Shown here piece by piece: positions 1 through 10,700 of a stretch of 64,000 bases of DNA. Where the stretch lies: positions 3,303 through 67,302 of the forward strand of contig CAYOBW010000006.1 in the NCBI GenBank assembly GCA_964402115.1, written 5' to 3'. The position numbers were made by a program, and so were the translations under genes. The notes beneath the pieces are model-generated. The model was not told where the DNA came from, did no database searches, and worked only from the letters and a program-made list of their open reading frames with translations. How positions within the stretch are numbered: the first letter of the stretch is position 1; each line of letters starts with the position of its first letter. This DNA comes from an uncultured Victivallales bacterium (GTDB lineage Bacteria; Verrucomicrobiota; Kiritimatiellia; UBA8416; CAYOBW01).

Positions 1-1
1 G

Positions 2-157
2 TTCGCTGCCTGTGTGGCCGCCGCGAAAGCCTTTGCCGGCGCGTACAAAGCCCAGCTTGACCGCTGGCAGCAGGCTGACGCGATCGACAAGGATATCGTG
101 AAAAAACTGCAGGCCGACTACCGCCAGGCTGTCGCGGACCTGCCGGCTGCGAAGTGA
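2..157 (+). CDS. 3' end of an unidentified CDS entering from upstream (partial)
   Basis: Frame 2 is open from the window edge to TGA at 155-157 (FAACVAAAKAFAGAYKAQLDRWQQADAIDKDIVKKLQADYRQAVADLPAAK*). It is too short for the ORF track and no family was recognised. Confidence 0.3.
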   Translation, partial: FAACVAAAKAFAGAYKAQLDRWQQADAIDKDIVKKLQADYRQAVADLPAAK

Positions 158-173
158 GGCCGCCGGCGGCTGC

Positions 174-1565
174 TCAGCGCGATTCGGCGGCTGCGTCGGC
201 AGCCAGGTAAAGGCGGGTCTGGGACACCACGATGCCGCTCAACCCGATCAGCCCGATCAGGTTGGGAATCGCCATCAGGGCGTTCATCACATCGGAGAAG
301 TTCCAGACCAGCTCGAGCTTGGCCACGGATCCGGCTGCGACGGCGACCACCCAGAGCCAGCGGTAAGGCAGAACGGCTCGCAGGCCCCAGAGGTACTCGA
401 CGCACTTCTCGCCGTAGTAGGCCCAGCCGAGGATCGTGGAGTAGGCGAACAGGACGATTCCGGCGGTAACGACGAAACCGCCTCCCCGGCCGGGCAGGCC
501 GATTTGAAAAGCCGCGCGGGTGATGCTGGTCACGTCGCCCCCCTGGCGCCAAACACCGGTCACAATCAGCACGAGGCCGGTCAGCGTGCAAATGACGATG
601 GTATCGATGAACGTGCCCGTCATTGAGACCAACGCCTGTGCCGCGGGTTGGTTGGTCCGGGCCGCGGCCGCCGCGATGGGGGCGCTGCCGAGGCCGGACT
701 CATTGGAGAAGAGTCCGCGCGACACGCCCTTCTGCACCGCCAGCAGCCAGGTGGACCCGAGGAAGCCGCCCATCGCGGCCGTTCCGGTGAAGGCGTCGTG
801 CAACACGAGGGCCAGCGCGCCGGGCACGGCCGGCGCATGGCGCAGCAGGATCAGCACGCAGCCCCCGATATAGACGAGCGCCATGATGGGCACCAGCCAG
901 GCCGAGGTCCGGCCGATGCGCCGGATGCCGCCGAGGATCACCAGGGCGGTCAGCACGGCCATGACCGCGCCGCTGGCGGGCAGGGGGATGGCAAGGCTTT
1001 CGCGCAGGCAGGAGGCCACGGCATTGGCCTGGACCATGTTGCCGATGCCGAACGCGGCGCAGGCGCCGAAGAAGGCAAAAGCCACGCCGAGCCATTTTTG
1101 CTTCAGGCCGCGCTCGAGGTAGTACATGGGGCCGCCGCACATCTCTCCCTTTGCGTCCTGGACGCGGTAGGTGACCGCCAGGATGGCTTCGGCGTACTTC
1201 GTAGCCATGCCGAAGAGGGCGGTCACCCACATCCAGAAGAGCGCGCCGGGGCCGCCGACCGTGACGGCGGTGGCCACGCCGATGATGTTGCCGGTGCCGA
1301 CGGTTGCCGCCAGGGCGGTCATCAGCGCCTGGAAGTGGCTGATATCGCCGGGTTGGGAGGGATCGCGGCTGGGGCGGAAGGCGAGCGCCAGGGCGTGGGG
1401 CAGGCGCCACACCTGCAGCCCGCGCAGGCGGATCGTCAGCAGGACCCCGGTCCCGACCAGCAGCACAAGCATGGGCACGCCCCACACGCAGGCGCTGGCT
1501 GTCGCCAGCCAGCCATTCAGGAGGGACGGCCATGTTCCGGGCGAAACGAGGACGGTTGCGTTCAT
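174..1565 (-). CDS. sodium:alanine (AGCS family) symporter
   Basis: Polytopic membrane protein with AGCS-like stretches ([41 protein letters not shown]). Start placed at MNATV (ATG 1563-1565) rather than the ORF-track start at 1661. Confidence 0.85.
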   Translation of the reverse strand: MNATVLVSPGTWPSLLNGWLATASACVWGVPMLVLLVGTGVLLTIRLRGLQVWRLPHALALAFRPSRDPSQPGDISHFQALMTALAATVGTGNIIGVATAVTVGGPGALFWMWVTALFGMATKYAEAILAVTYRVQDAKGEMCGGPMYYLERGLKQKWLGVAFAFFGACAAFGIGNMVQANAVASCLRESLAIPLPASGAVMAVLTALVILGGIRRIGRTSAWLVPIMALVYIGGCVLILLRHAPAVPGALALVLHDAFTGTAAMGGFLGSTWLLAVQKGVSRGLFSNESGLGSAPIAAAAARTNQPAAQALVSMTGTFIDTIVICTLTGLVLIVTGVWRQGGDVTSITRAAFQIGLPGRGGGFVVTAGIVLFAYSTILGWAYYGEKCVEYLWGLRAVLPYRWLWVVAVAAGSVAKLELVWNFSDVMNALMAIPNLIGLIGLSGIVVSQTRLYLAADAAAESR

Positions 1566-1753
1566 GGCCGCGGGAAGATAAAGCAATGGAATCCGGTGTG
1601 CAAGGCGGGATTGGCGATGCCATCGGAGTGGGACAATATAACACATTCTTTGCAATTCCATGACAACCCCCCTGGCGGGCTTCTGCTATATTCATAACCG
1701 GATGAAGGGCTAGCGGCTGGCTCGTGCGGCCAGGCAAGAGGAAGGGAAAGGCT

Positions 1754-4700
1754 ATGAACCGACAGATTGAGCGACAGGCGGTTCGTTTTGCGGTGGCGGC
1801 TGCAGCCGGCTTGTGGCTGGCGCAGGTCCGTGCGGACATTACCAACCGGTGGGATTTCGGCAATCCCGCCGACTACGAAGTCTCGAACCCCGTCGATATC
1901 GAGGTCGCGAACGGCGTTGCCAAGCTCAAGCTGCAGGCCGACCGCAAGATCGATTCCGAAATCGGCACGTACTATACGAACGGCACGGAGCGGAGCCAGG
2001 TAAGCATTGGCTCGGACGTCAGCATCGTGCGTGCGCTGCCGTACAACAACCCCGCGATCTTCACGTCGCGCGTGCTCGATCACGGCGGCGGCGCCAACCT
2101 GTGGGAGCGTTTCCAGGCTAAGTGCCAGCCGAAGGCCGGCCTGAACGCCGGCGGCGAGATCCCGAAGAACATGAACGGGCTTGTCTGCCTGATGCACCTC
2201 AACAACACCTATCTCGACGTTGTCTCGAACAGCAACGGCGTGCCCGCCGCGACCGTGAAGTTCGTCGCGGACGCCCGCCTGGGTTCGCGCGCCGCCGATT
2301 TCCGCGTTGCAGCCGATACGATCCAAACGCCGACCTATCAACTGCTGAACGACGGCGACCAATTCACAATCAGTTTCTGGATGAAACCGCGCGAGCAGAA
2401 GGCGCAGGGTTTCGTGTCTTCCTACGGCACATGGTACATCGGCGTTCACAACTATGTGGGTGACGTGAGGAAGCTGAGCTTGATGGTCCATAACACGGCT
2501 GTGGCCAGCACGAGCATCTATCCCTTGAACGAGTGGACGCACGTGGCCGCCACGTGGCGCTCCTCGGACGGACTGGGCAAGATCTTCATCAATGGCAAGC
2601 TCGATGCGTCGGGGATCATCCAGAAGGGGACCCGTCTCTCGCAGACGGACTACTTCCACATTTCAGGTACGCGCCTCGGTTACCGGGCTAATGCCACGAT
2701 CGACGAGGTGGCGATTTTCAGCCGCTGTTTGACGGACAGCGAGGCGGCGACGTTGTACCTGATGCCGAGGTCGGCGCTTTTCCAGGTGCGTTCGTCCGAC
2801 AGTCTCGACACGCTGGGAAGCAAAACGTTCTGCGGGCCAGACGGGACGCTGAACTCCTTCTACACCGGCAACTACGACGTGCTAGGGTCGCTGGGCGATT
2901 TCAAGATCTGGGATCGCTACGCCCAGTACAAGGCCTATCTCTATGGACCGGCCTACCCCTCGGCGGATGACCCCTTTCTGGATGCGGTGGGGCTGACGGG
3001 TAACTTCAGCACGTTCATCGACAACACGGAGGGCGATTTCAAGGGCGGGCAATTCACGGACAGCGTGGCCATGAACCCGACCGGCCGGGATTCCCCCTAC
3101 CTGGGCCTCGCCAAGACCCCGAACGGCGGCTACCAGCGTGCAGGCCAGTTCACGTCGGCCGTCATCGAGACCGGTAAGCCGGAAGTCTGGTACAAGCTGG
3201 CGTGGGGTGTGCAGGAGGAGGTGGATGCCTCTCTCGACGGCAACATCGTCGGCTGCTACCACATGAACGGCGGCTTTGCGGATGCCAGTCCGAAAGGAAA
3301 CAACGGCGCCGGATCGGGCGTGGACTACACCGCCAACGCCAAGCTGGGTTCGCGCAGCGCCGTTTTCAATGGCACGTCGTCTTACGCCGACATTGGCGGG
3401 ACGATCGTGTCCGGCAGCGTGAAGAGCGTTGAGTTCTGGATCAAGGACGAGTACCTGGACGATGGCATTCTGCAGCTCTGTAACGACACCACCAACCATA
3501 TCTACCTGGCGATCGAAGGCGGCATGATTGTCGCGAAAGGCGTGCCGAACCGCGAGTACACGGCCTACGTCAACGGCAGCGCAACTTCGCGCCGGCTGCT
3601 GGCGGGGTGGAACCATGTGGCGGTGGTCTCGTCCGTTGCGATGCCCAGCCGGAAGCCCGTCATTGGTCGGGCCAATGGCGATTACCTCGACGGGATGCTG
3701 GACGAGCTTGTGCTCTACTCGCGGGCCCTGGACGCAGCCGAGGTGAACGCACACTACATGGCGCAGATGCGGCAGGTGGCCGGCCGGGCACGGCTGCAGG
3801 TTCGTTCGGGCGACGCGCTGCCGCTAACCGGCGCCTTCATCGGGCCCGACGGTTCGGCGCTCTCCTACTTCGATGTGGCGCAGCACAGTGGCGCCATCAT
3901 GCACGGCAGCATTTTCAACAAGAGCTATCTCCAGTACCGGGTCATCCTGGACGGCGATGGCGATGCGACGCCGGTCGTGAGGTTCGTCCGGGTGGACAAC
4001 GTGACGGGGCAGGTGATCTTCAAACACCAGTCGCACGTCGATTTCGATACGGGTGATTTTGACGGTGGCAAGCTCAAATGGGTGGGCGATGAGATCAAAC
4101 TGCAGAACGTGTCGTTGATGCCAGGCCTCGTGAATCTCAAGTCCCCGACGGCCGGTTTGGCCGGGTTGTGGCACTTGGACGAGGCGGAGTGGCTGCCCGG
4201 CGCCACCGTCAAGGATTCGGCCAGCGGCAACGACGGCAGCCCGCAGAACGGCACGGCTCCCAGCATGTTTGCGAAAGTGGGCACGTACTGCGGGAAGTTC
4301 GACGGCGCGGATGACTACATCATTGTACCCGGCACGCAGTTGGACGGCGATTTCACCGTCAGTGCCTGGTTCAAGTCGGCCAGCTCGATGCGCGCCGGCC
4401 TGGTTTGCCGCACCGACACCCGGTACACGCTGGAGCTCAACAGCGACGGCTTGGGCGGTGCGCTGGCCGGTGCGGTGGCGTTCACCGTCTACAACGGTTC
4501 CACGCGCCGCGTGGCCGTCAGCAGCGTGCGCAATATGAACGACGGCAACTGGCACCACGTCGCCGCCGTGCGCAACGGGGATGCGATTTACCTTTACGTG
4601 GACGGCACGCCGTGCGCCTCGACTGCGCTGGCGACGGGGTTTGGCAGCTTGATCATGGGCGATACCTGGCTGGGGGCGGCCCCCGGCACAACGGTTGGCT

Positions 4701-7700
4701 ACCTGAACGGCTATCTGGACGAAGTCGCCCTGCACACGCGGGCGCTTTCCGATGCTGACATAGACGGCCTGATGGCGGTTGGCGACAACCAGGCGACCGT
4801 CGCCACCTACCTGGGTCGCACGCTGGATGCCGGGCAGCCGGCCATCTGGGAGGCCATAGACTGGCGCGAAGGATCTCCTTACGGCGACGCGCTGAACGCC
4901 TCGCAGAGCGATGTGGTGGGCCTCTGGCACATGGACGAAACAAGCGGAACGCGCGTTGACGATGCGACAGCTGGCTTGAACCACGGCACCATCAATGGCG
5001 TCGTCGGACGGACTACCGGGCGGTTCGGCCGTGGGTTGAACTTTGACGGCGGCGGCGGCTACGTGGGAGTCCCTGCCAACGTCCTCCTGGAGCCGAATAC
5101 GGTGACCGTAAAAGCCTGGTTCAAACCCGCTGCCGTGAACAGTCGCACGCTTGTCGACAAGCGCAGCGGCGGCCGCGGCTACGCGCTGGCCACCGATGCG
5201 GACGGAAAACCGTATTTCTGGCTGGCCGGCACCACGTGCAAGGCTCCCGGCGGTCTGCAGCGAGGCTTCTGGTACGACATCGTCGGCACCTACGACGGAA
5301 GCAAGGTGCGGCTCTTCGTCAACGGTTTCCCTGTCGCCACCCAGCCGTTGAGTGGCGGTAACACGAGCGGGGGGGGGCTGCGCATCGGTTTGGCCAATGA
5401 CGGCACCGGCGCGGCGGCCGGCGTGATAGACGAGGTGGCTGTCTTCAATCGGGCGCTAGGCGCCGAGGATGTCATGGATCAAGCCAAGGCCGGCTTTGCG
5501 GACCTGCGCTTCCAGGTGCGCGTGGCCAATGACACGAACACGCTGCTGCGGACACCTTTCTACGGACCGAACACGAACAGCGCCAGCTACTTCACCCTGA
5601 CGAGTGAATCCATGGTCGGGCGGATTCCGCTCGGACGCTACTTCCAATACAAGGCCTACCTGTCGACCACCAGCGCTCGTACGGACCTGCGTCTGCAGGG
5701 GTTGGTGGTGAACCAGTCGCACTACCCGACGCAGTACCCGTGGGTCATGCCGGCCGCCGGCAAAGGGATGCCCTTCGTCGGGCGCGTTCTGAAGTTCAGC
5801 CATGTCATGGCGACCAACACGGACGCCTCCGTGCGGTACCAGCTCAGCGGCGACGATGGCGCGAACTGGTACTGGTGGAATGGCATGCAGTGGGCGGGGG
5901 TCCCTGTTTCCTCCAACCTCTGGCCGTACGCCAACACGTGGGATGTCGTGAACACGCACATCGGGTCAGTATACGACGAGCTGTATCCGAAAGTGGGTGG
6001 CACGTTCCGGTTCAAGGCGTTTCTGTCCTCCCCCGGCGACCTGCAGGTGGCCATCAACGAGGTGAAGGCCGTGAAGGCCGAGGGCGCGGTGATCGTCGTG
6101 GCGCCCAACGGCAAGGAGACCGGGGACAAGGCCTGGGTCGTGGGCGTGCCCTACGATATCCGCTGGCTGACGTCCGGGCGCGTCAGCAAGAACCTGGCGA
6201 TAGACCTCTACCGCAAGAGCGGCGCGGAGTTCGTCAAGCGTCTAGCCAGCGGTGTCAGCGTCGGAGCGACGAACTTCTATCGCACCGTGATCTCGGACGA
6301 TGCGCGCGCGGACTACCGCATACGCCTGCGGGATCTGAACGACGTTGCCGTGGACGATTGGTCGGACGGCGATTTCCAGCTGGTGCACAATCTGCACCTC
6401 AGCGCCCCAGACGGCGGGGAGCACTGGTACCTGAACACCAACAACATCGTGCGGTGGGAGTCGCCCGGCCCCGCCGTTTCGGCCCTGGGACCCAATGTGC
6501 TCCTCTGGTTCAGCGCGGATGCGGGCGCCACCTGGGTGCAGGTGGCAAGCGTTACAACCAACATGATCGGTTACAACGCGTTCAATTGGCAGGCGTCTTT
6601 GCAGGACGCGCGGCTCGTTTCGGAAACGGCCAAGATGGCCGTTTCGACGCCGACCACGGACCCGCTCGACCCGCTGACCTATCGCGTCGACTACTCCGAC
6701 ACAACCTTCACGAACGCGGGCATCGTGGTCACCTATCCCTCGACCGGCGATGGCGTGAAGATGGGCAACACGATTACCATCCGGTGGAAAGCCGCTGGCG
6801 CGGGCACGGCGGGCGCGAACATCGACTTCTTCAATGGGCAGAGTTGGACCAATGTGGCTCAGAACGTGCTGTGCTTGCCGGGAACGAATTCGTATACGAC
6901 GCAATTGACAGCCAAGAATCCGACCCAGAGTGCCAAAGTTCGCGTCACGGCGGTCAGCGATCCCCGTGTGACCGGCACGTCGCTGGAGTTTACGCTGGCC
7001 GATATCAACGTCGTAGCGCCGCTCGGCGGCACTGTGGCCCGCGACCGCTGGCAGATCGGCTCCGACAAGGTCATCAAATGGACCGCCGGCGGAGCGGGTG
7101 GCAAGGTGAACGTAGAGTACGCGGCGGACCCGGCGCACACGAACTGGCAACCGATCGTCATGGACTACACGAACGTCAACAGCTCCGGCACGGGTATCTA
7201 CACGAACTCCGCGCCGCCTTGGCGTCTGCTGGGGCCTCCCACCTCCAACGCCGTGGTCCGCGTCAAATCCGTCAGCCAGGAGGATCTGTACGATATCACG
7301 GAACCGTTCGACATCTCCGGCGTGCAAGTGACGCAACCGAACGGCGGTGAGATCTGGGAGTTCACGGCTACGAACACACTGATGTGGCTGCACCAGGCCG
7401 CCGGTTCGGCGGTGGGCCTGAGCATTGCCTATGAAAACAACCCGGCAAGCAACGAATTCGAGACAATCGCCAGCCAGTACTTCATCTTCGGCGGTCGCTT
7501 CACGCTGCTGCCGAGCAATGTGCGCCGGCCCTCGAACTTCGCCTGGATCAAGATCACCGCGCTGGACCCTCCGGACGCCGAGATCCTGCCCATGTTCGAT
7601 GTGTCGGACAAGCGGTTCGCCATTCACGGCATGTCCATGGTCTACCCGACGAACCGGGCCGTGTACACCATGGGCACCATCGTCACGGATGGCCTGCAAT

Positions 7701-10700
7701 GGTACTCGGCGGGCGCCGATGATTCCAGTGCGGATGTCTATTACGCCCCGGACGGGGTTCGGTTTGACCCCGCGCCCCTGTCCACCGTGCTGAATTCGGA
7801 CGATGGCCCCGGCGCCGGGCTCAACAAGCAGAACTTCACCGTGCCCCGGAGCCTGGTGCCATCCACCCGCGCCCGGATGAAGGTTGCAGCCGGGCCTTAC
7901 CAGAGCATCTCGCCTGAGTTCACCCTGCGCGGGGTGCGCTTCACGCGACCTGCCCGCGGCGAAATGTTCGACATTGGCGCGCGCAACGTGGTTGTGCAGT
8001 GGGTCGCCGCCGGCATCTCGCCGTCCGCGTATGCATCCAACTCGCTGTCGGTTGCGGGGCAGAAGGGTCCCTTCCTGTCTGCCGGGTTGCCGTCGAATGC
8101 CTTTGTGCCTGGCTTTGCCATGTTCTGGGACATCGATAAGAATCTCGATCCGTCGACGAACGCGGTCATACGCATGACCGTCACCACTCCCGCCGTGGAT
8201 ACGGATGTCGTCATGTACTCGGATCCCTTCACGCTGCGCGGGCTGAAGGTGAAGTCGCCGGCTACCGGCGACGTTTGGCCCCTGGGTACGACGCGCGACA
8301 TCAAGTTCCTGGCGGCGGGCATGGGTTCCGGCGCGCGCGCCAACCTCTATTATGCCGCGGACGGGCGCACGTTCGACCGTGTCAAGCCGATTGCCCTCAA
8401 TCTGTCTGTCGGCACGGGCACGAACACTTACAGCTGGCTCATCGAGTCCAGCGCCGACTTGACCCGCTTGCCATCAACGAACGCCACCGTCATGGTCGTG
8501 TCCGGCGCTTACACGAACGTCTCGACGCGGTTCACGGTGAAGGGGATCAAAGTAACGTCCCCCAACGGCAGCGACATCTGGGCCGTCTCGGATGTAACCA
8601 ACCGCATCCGGTGGACAAGCATAGGCACGGCTGACTCCTACACCATCGCCTTCCACAAATGGAATGACACCAACATCGTGGAGAGCACCACGCTGGCGAC
8701 GGGCGTGAGGGGGAACTTCTACGACTGGCTCATGCCGGCCAGCTCGGTGGGCAAACCCGTCAGCATCACCGTGACGGGCAGCGGGTTCACGGGCAACTCG
8801 GAGCGGTTCGAAATCGTACCGCAGCCCTCGATCCGCATCATCAGTCCGGCCGCCGGCGATTTCTGGAAGGTGGGCGAGACGAATACGATCCGGTGGAGCA
8901 AGGGCGGCCAGATGGACAACGCATTTGTCGTGCGCTACGCCACCGATCCGTTTGCCGTGACCAACGAGTTGATTCGAGGCGCCTGCGATTTCGCCGACGG
9001 TGTCTACAGCCTGAACTGGGTCGTGCCCTTCCAGCTGGGACGGACCCGCCTGATCATCACGAACCAGACGGAAGCACTGGTCAAGGACACGTTCGAGGGT
9101 TTTGATATCGCCGCGAAGTTCGATATCCAACCGTTTACAAAAGACATATACGCCTTGGAAACCGTTGGTGTGGAATGGATTACCAGAGGCGATGTGCAGG
9201 CGGTCGATCTTTACTACTCGACGGACTTCGACCGCAGTCCGGCCAGCTGGGTCAAGATCAATACGGAAGGGCCCTATTCGGAGAACGTCGGACACAACCG
9301 CCCCGCCACGCCTTATCCCTGGACGGCGGCCAATGCCAAGTCCGATTCCGTCTGGCTGCGCATTCAGGATCACGACTACCCGACACAGCGCTTCAATGCC
9401 TCCCTCAAGGGTCCCTTCGACGATTACGGACCTTTCCAGATCCACTACTATAACGTGACCTGGTGGGTGTTCGACGATTTCGAGCGCGCTTTGCACGGAA
9501 CGTCGAACCACCTTGGACAGCTCAGCGTTACCGACAACTCCGGTTGGTCGGCTTCGGGGCTCAATTCGCCCGTCACGCACGAGTATCCTTACGGACGGTG
9601 GAACACGGTCTGGTATCGCGAGTTCTTCAGCGACAAGGTCGTGTTCAACTGGGCGTCGGATCACAATATGACCAACATCGTCTTCCTGGAGCGCTCGAAG
9701 GCGTCGCCCGACTACCGCGTGCTCTCGGCCTTCACGTTCGAACCTGTGACAACCAACTTCACCGTCCAGTCGTGGATCGAGCGCGGCGGCACCATCCTGG
9801 GTACGCCGGAGACCTGCAAGGTCGAAATCTACGACAGCGCAGGCAAGAAGATCGAGTCCATGGAGTCGAACACGCCCGTGAACGGTGTGTTCTGGCAGCG
9901 GTGGGATGTCGCTGCGACGGGGCAGCGCGAAGGGAAGGTCTTCGACGAGAAGGACGTCTTCTTTGCGCGAGTCGAGATCCGCTTCTCCGGCGTCTGGTAC
10001 TCTTCGGGTGTTACCTTCACCCTGCGCGTTTCAGCGAGCAAAGCCACCATGGCCAAGCTGGAGAGCAGCACCGATCGGCTGCTGGAGCAACTGGGCGCGG
10101 TCGGCACGAACCTGAACGATGCCATCGTCGGCATCCGGGGGGTGCGCAGCGCCGTCGAAGGAGGGATGTCGAACCTGTCCACGCAGATTCGCTCCGTCCA
10201 GTCCGGCCTCAGCAATTCGGTTCTGCCAGCCCTCTCGGCGCTGACCAACGATGTCACGGGCGTGATCAAGCCCGCGATCACGAACATGCAGGCCAAGTTG
10301 ACGAATATGGAGGAGACGGTCGAGGGCAACCTGGCGCGCATCCTGACGCGTCCGGTGACGGTTGTCAAAGACAAGCCGATCACGATCCTGTACAAGAGCC
10401 GCCGCAACTACACGGCCAGCGAGGTGCGTATCGCGGTCGAGCCCGTGGGCTACAGCGGCCAGATGACCGAAGTGGTCGGCGGCATGGGCATCTACGAGCA
10501 TGAACTGCCCATGAACTGGAACGTCGGCACGTATACCATTGCCTGCACGGATCCTCGCGCCACGGACCGCCTGATCATCGAGGTCGTGGACCAGGCGAGT
10601 CTCACCACCGTGCCGTCCATGCTGGTGGCGCTCAGCAATCGCATGGATGCGGTGTTCATGCACCTCACCAACATCACGGCCATGGTGGATAGCGTCGGCA

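Noticed and set aside
159-170. Perfect 12-nt palindrome GCCGCCGGCGGC between convergent genes, considered as a terminator
   Set aside because: As a hairpin it leaves essentially no loop (at most a 4-bp stem), and there is no T-tract. This is too weak to call.
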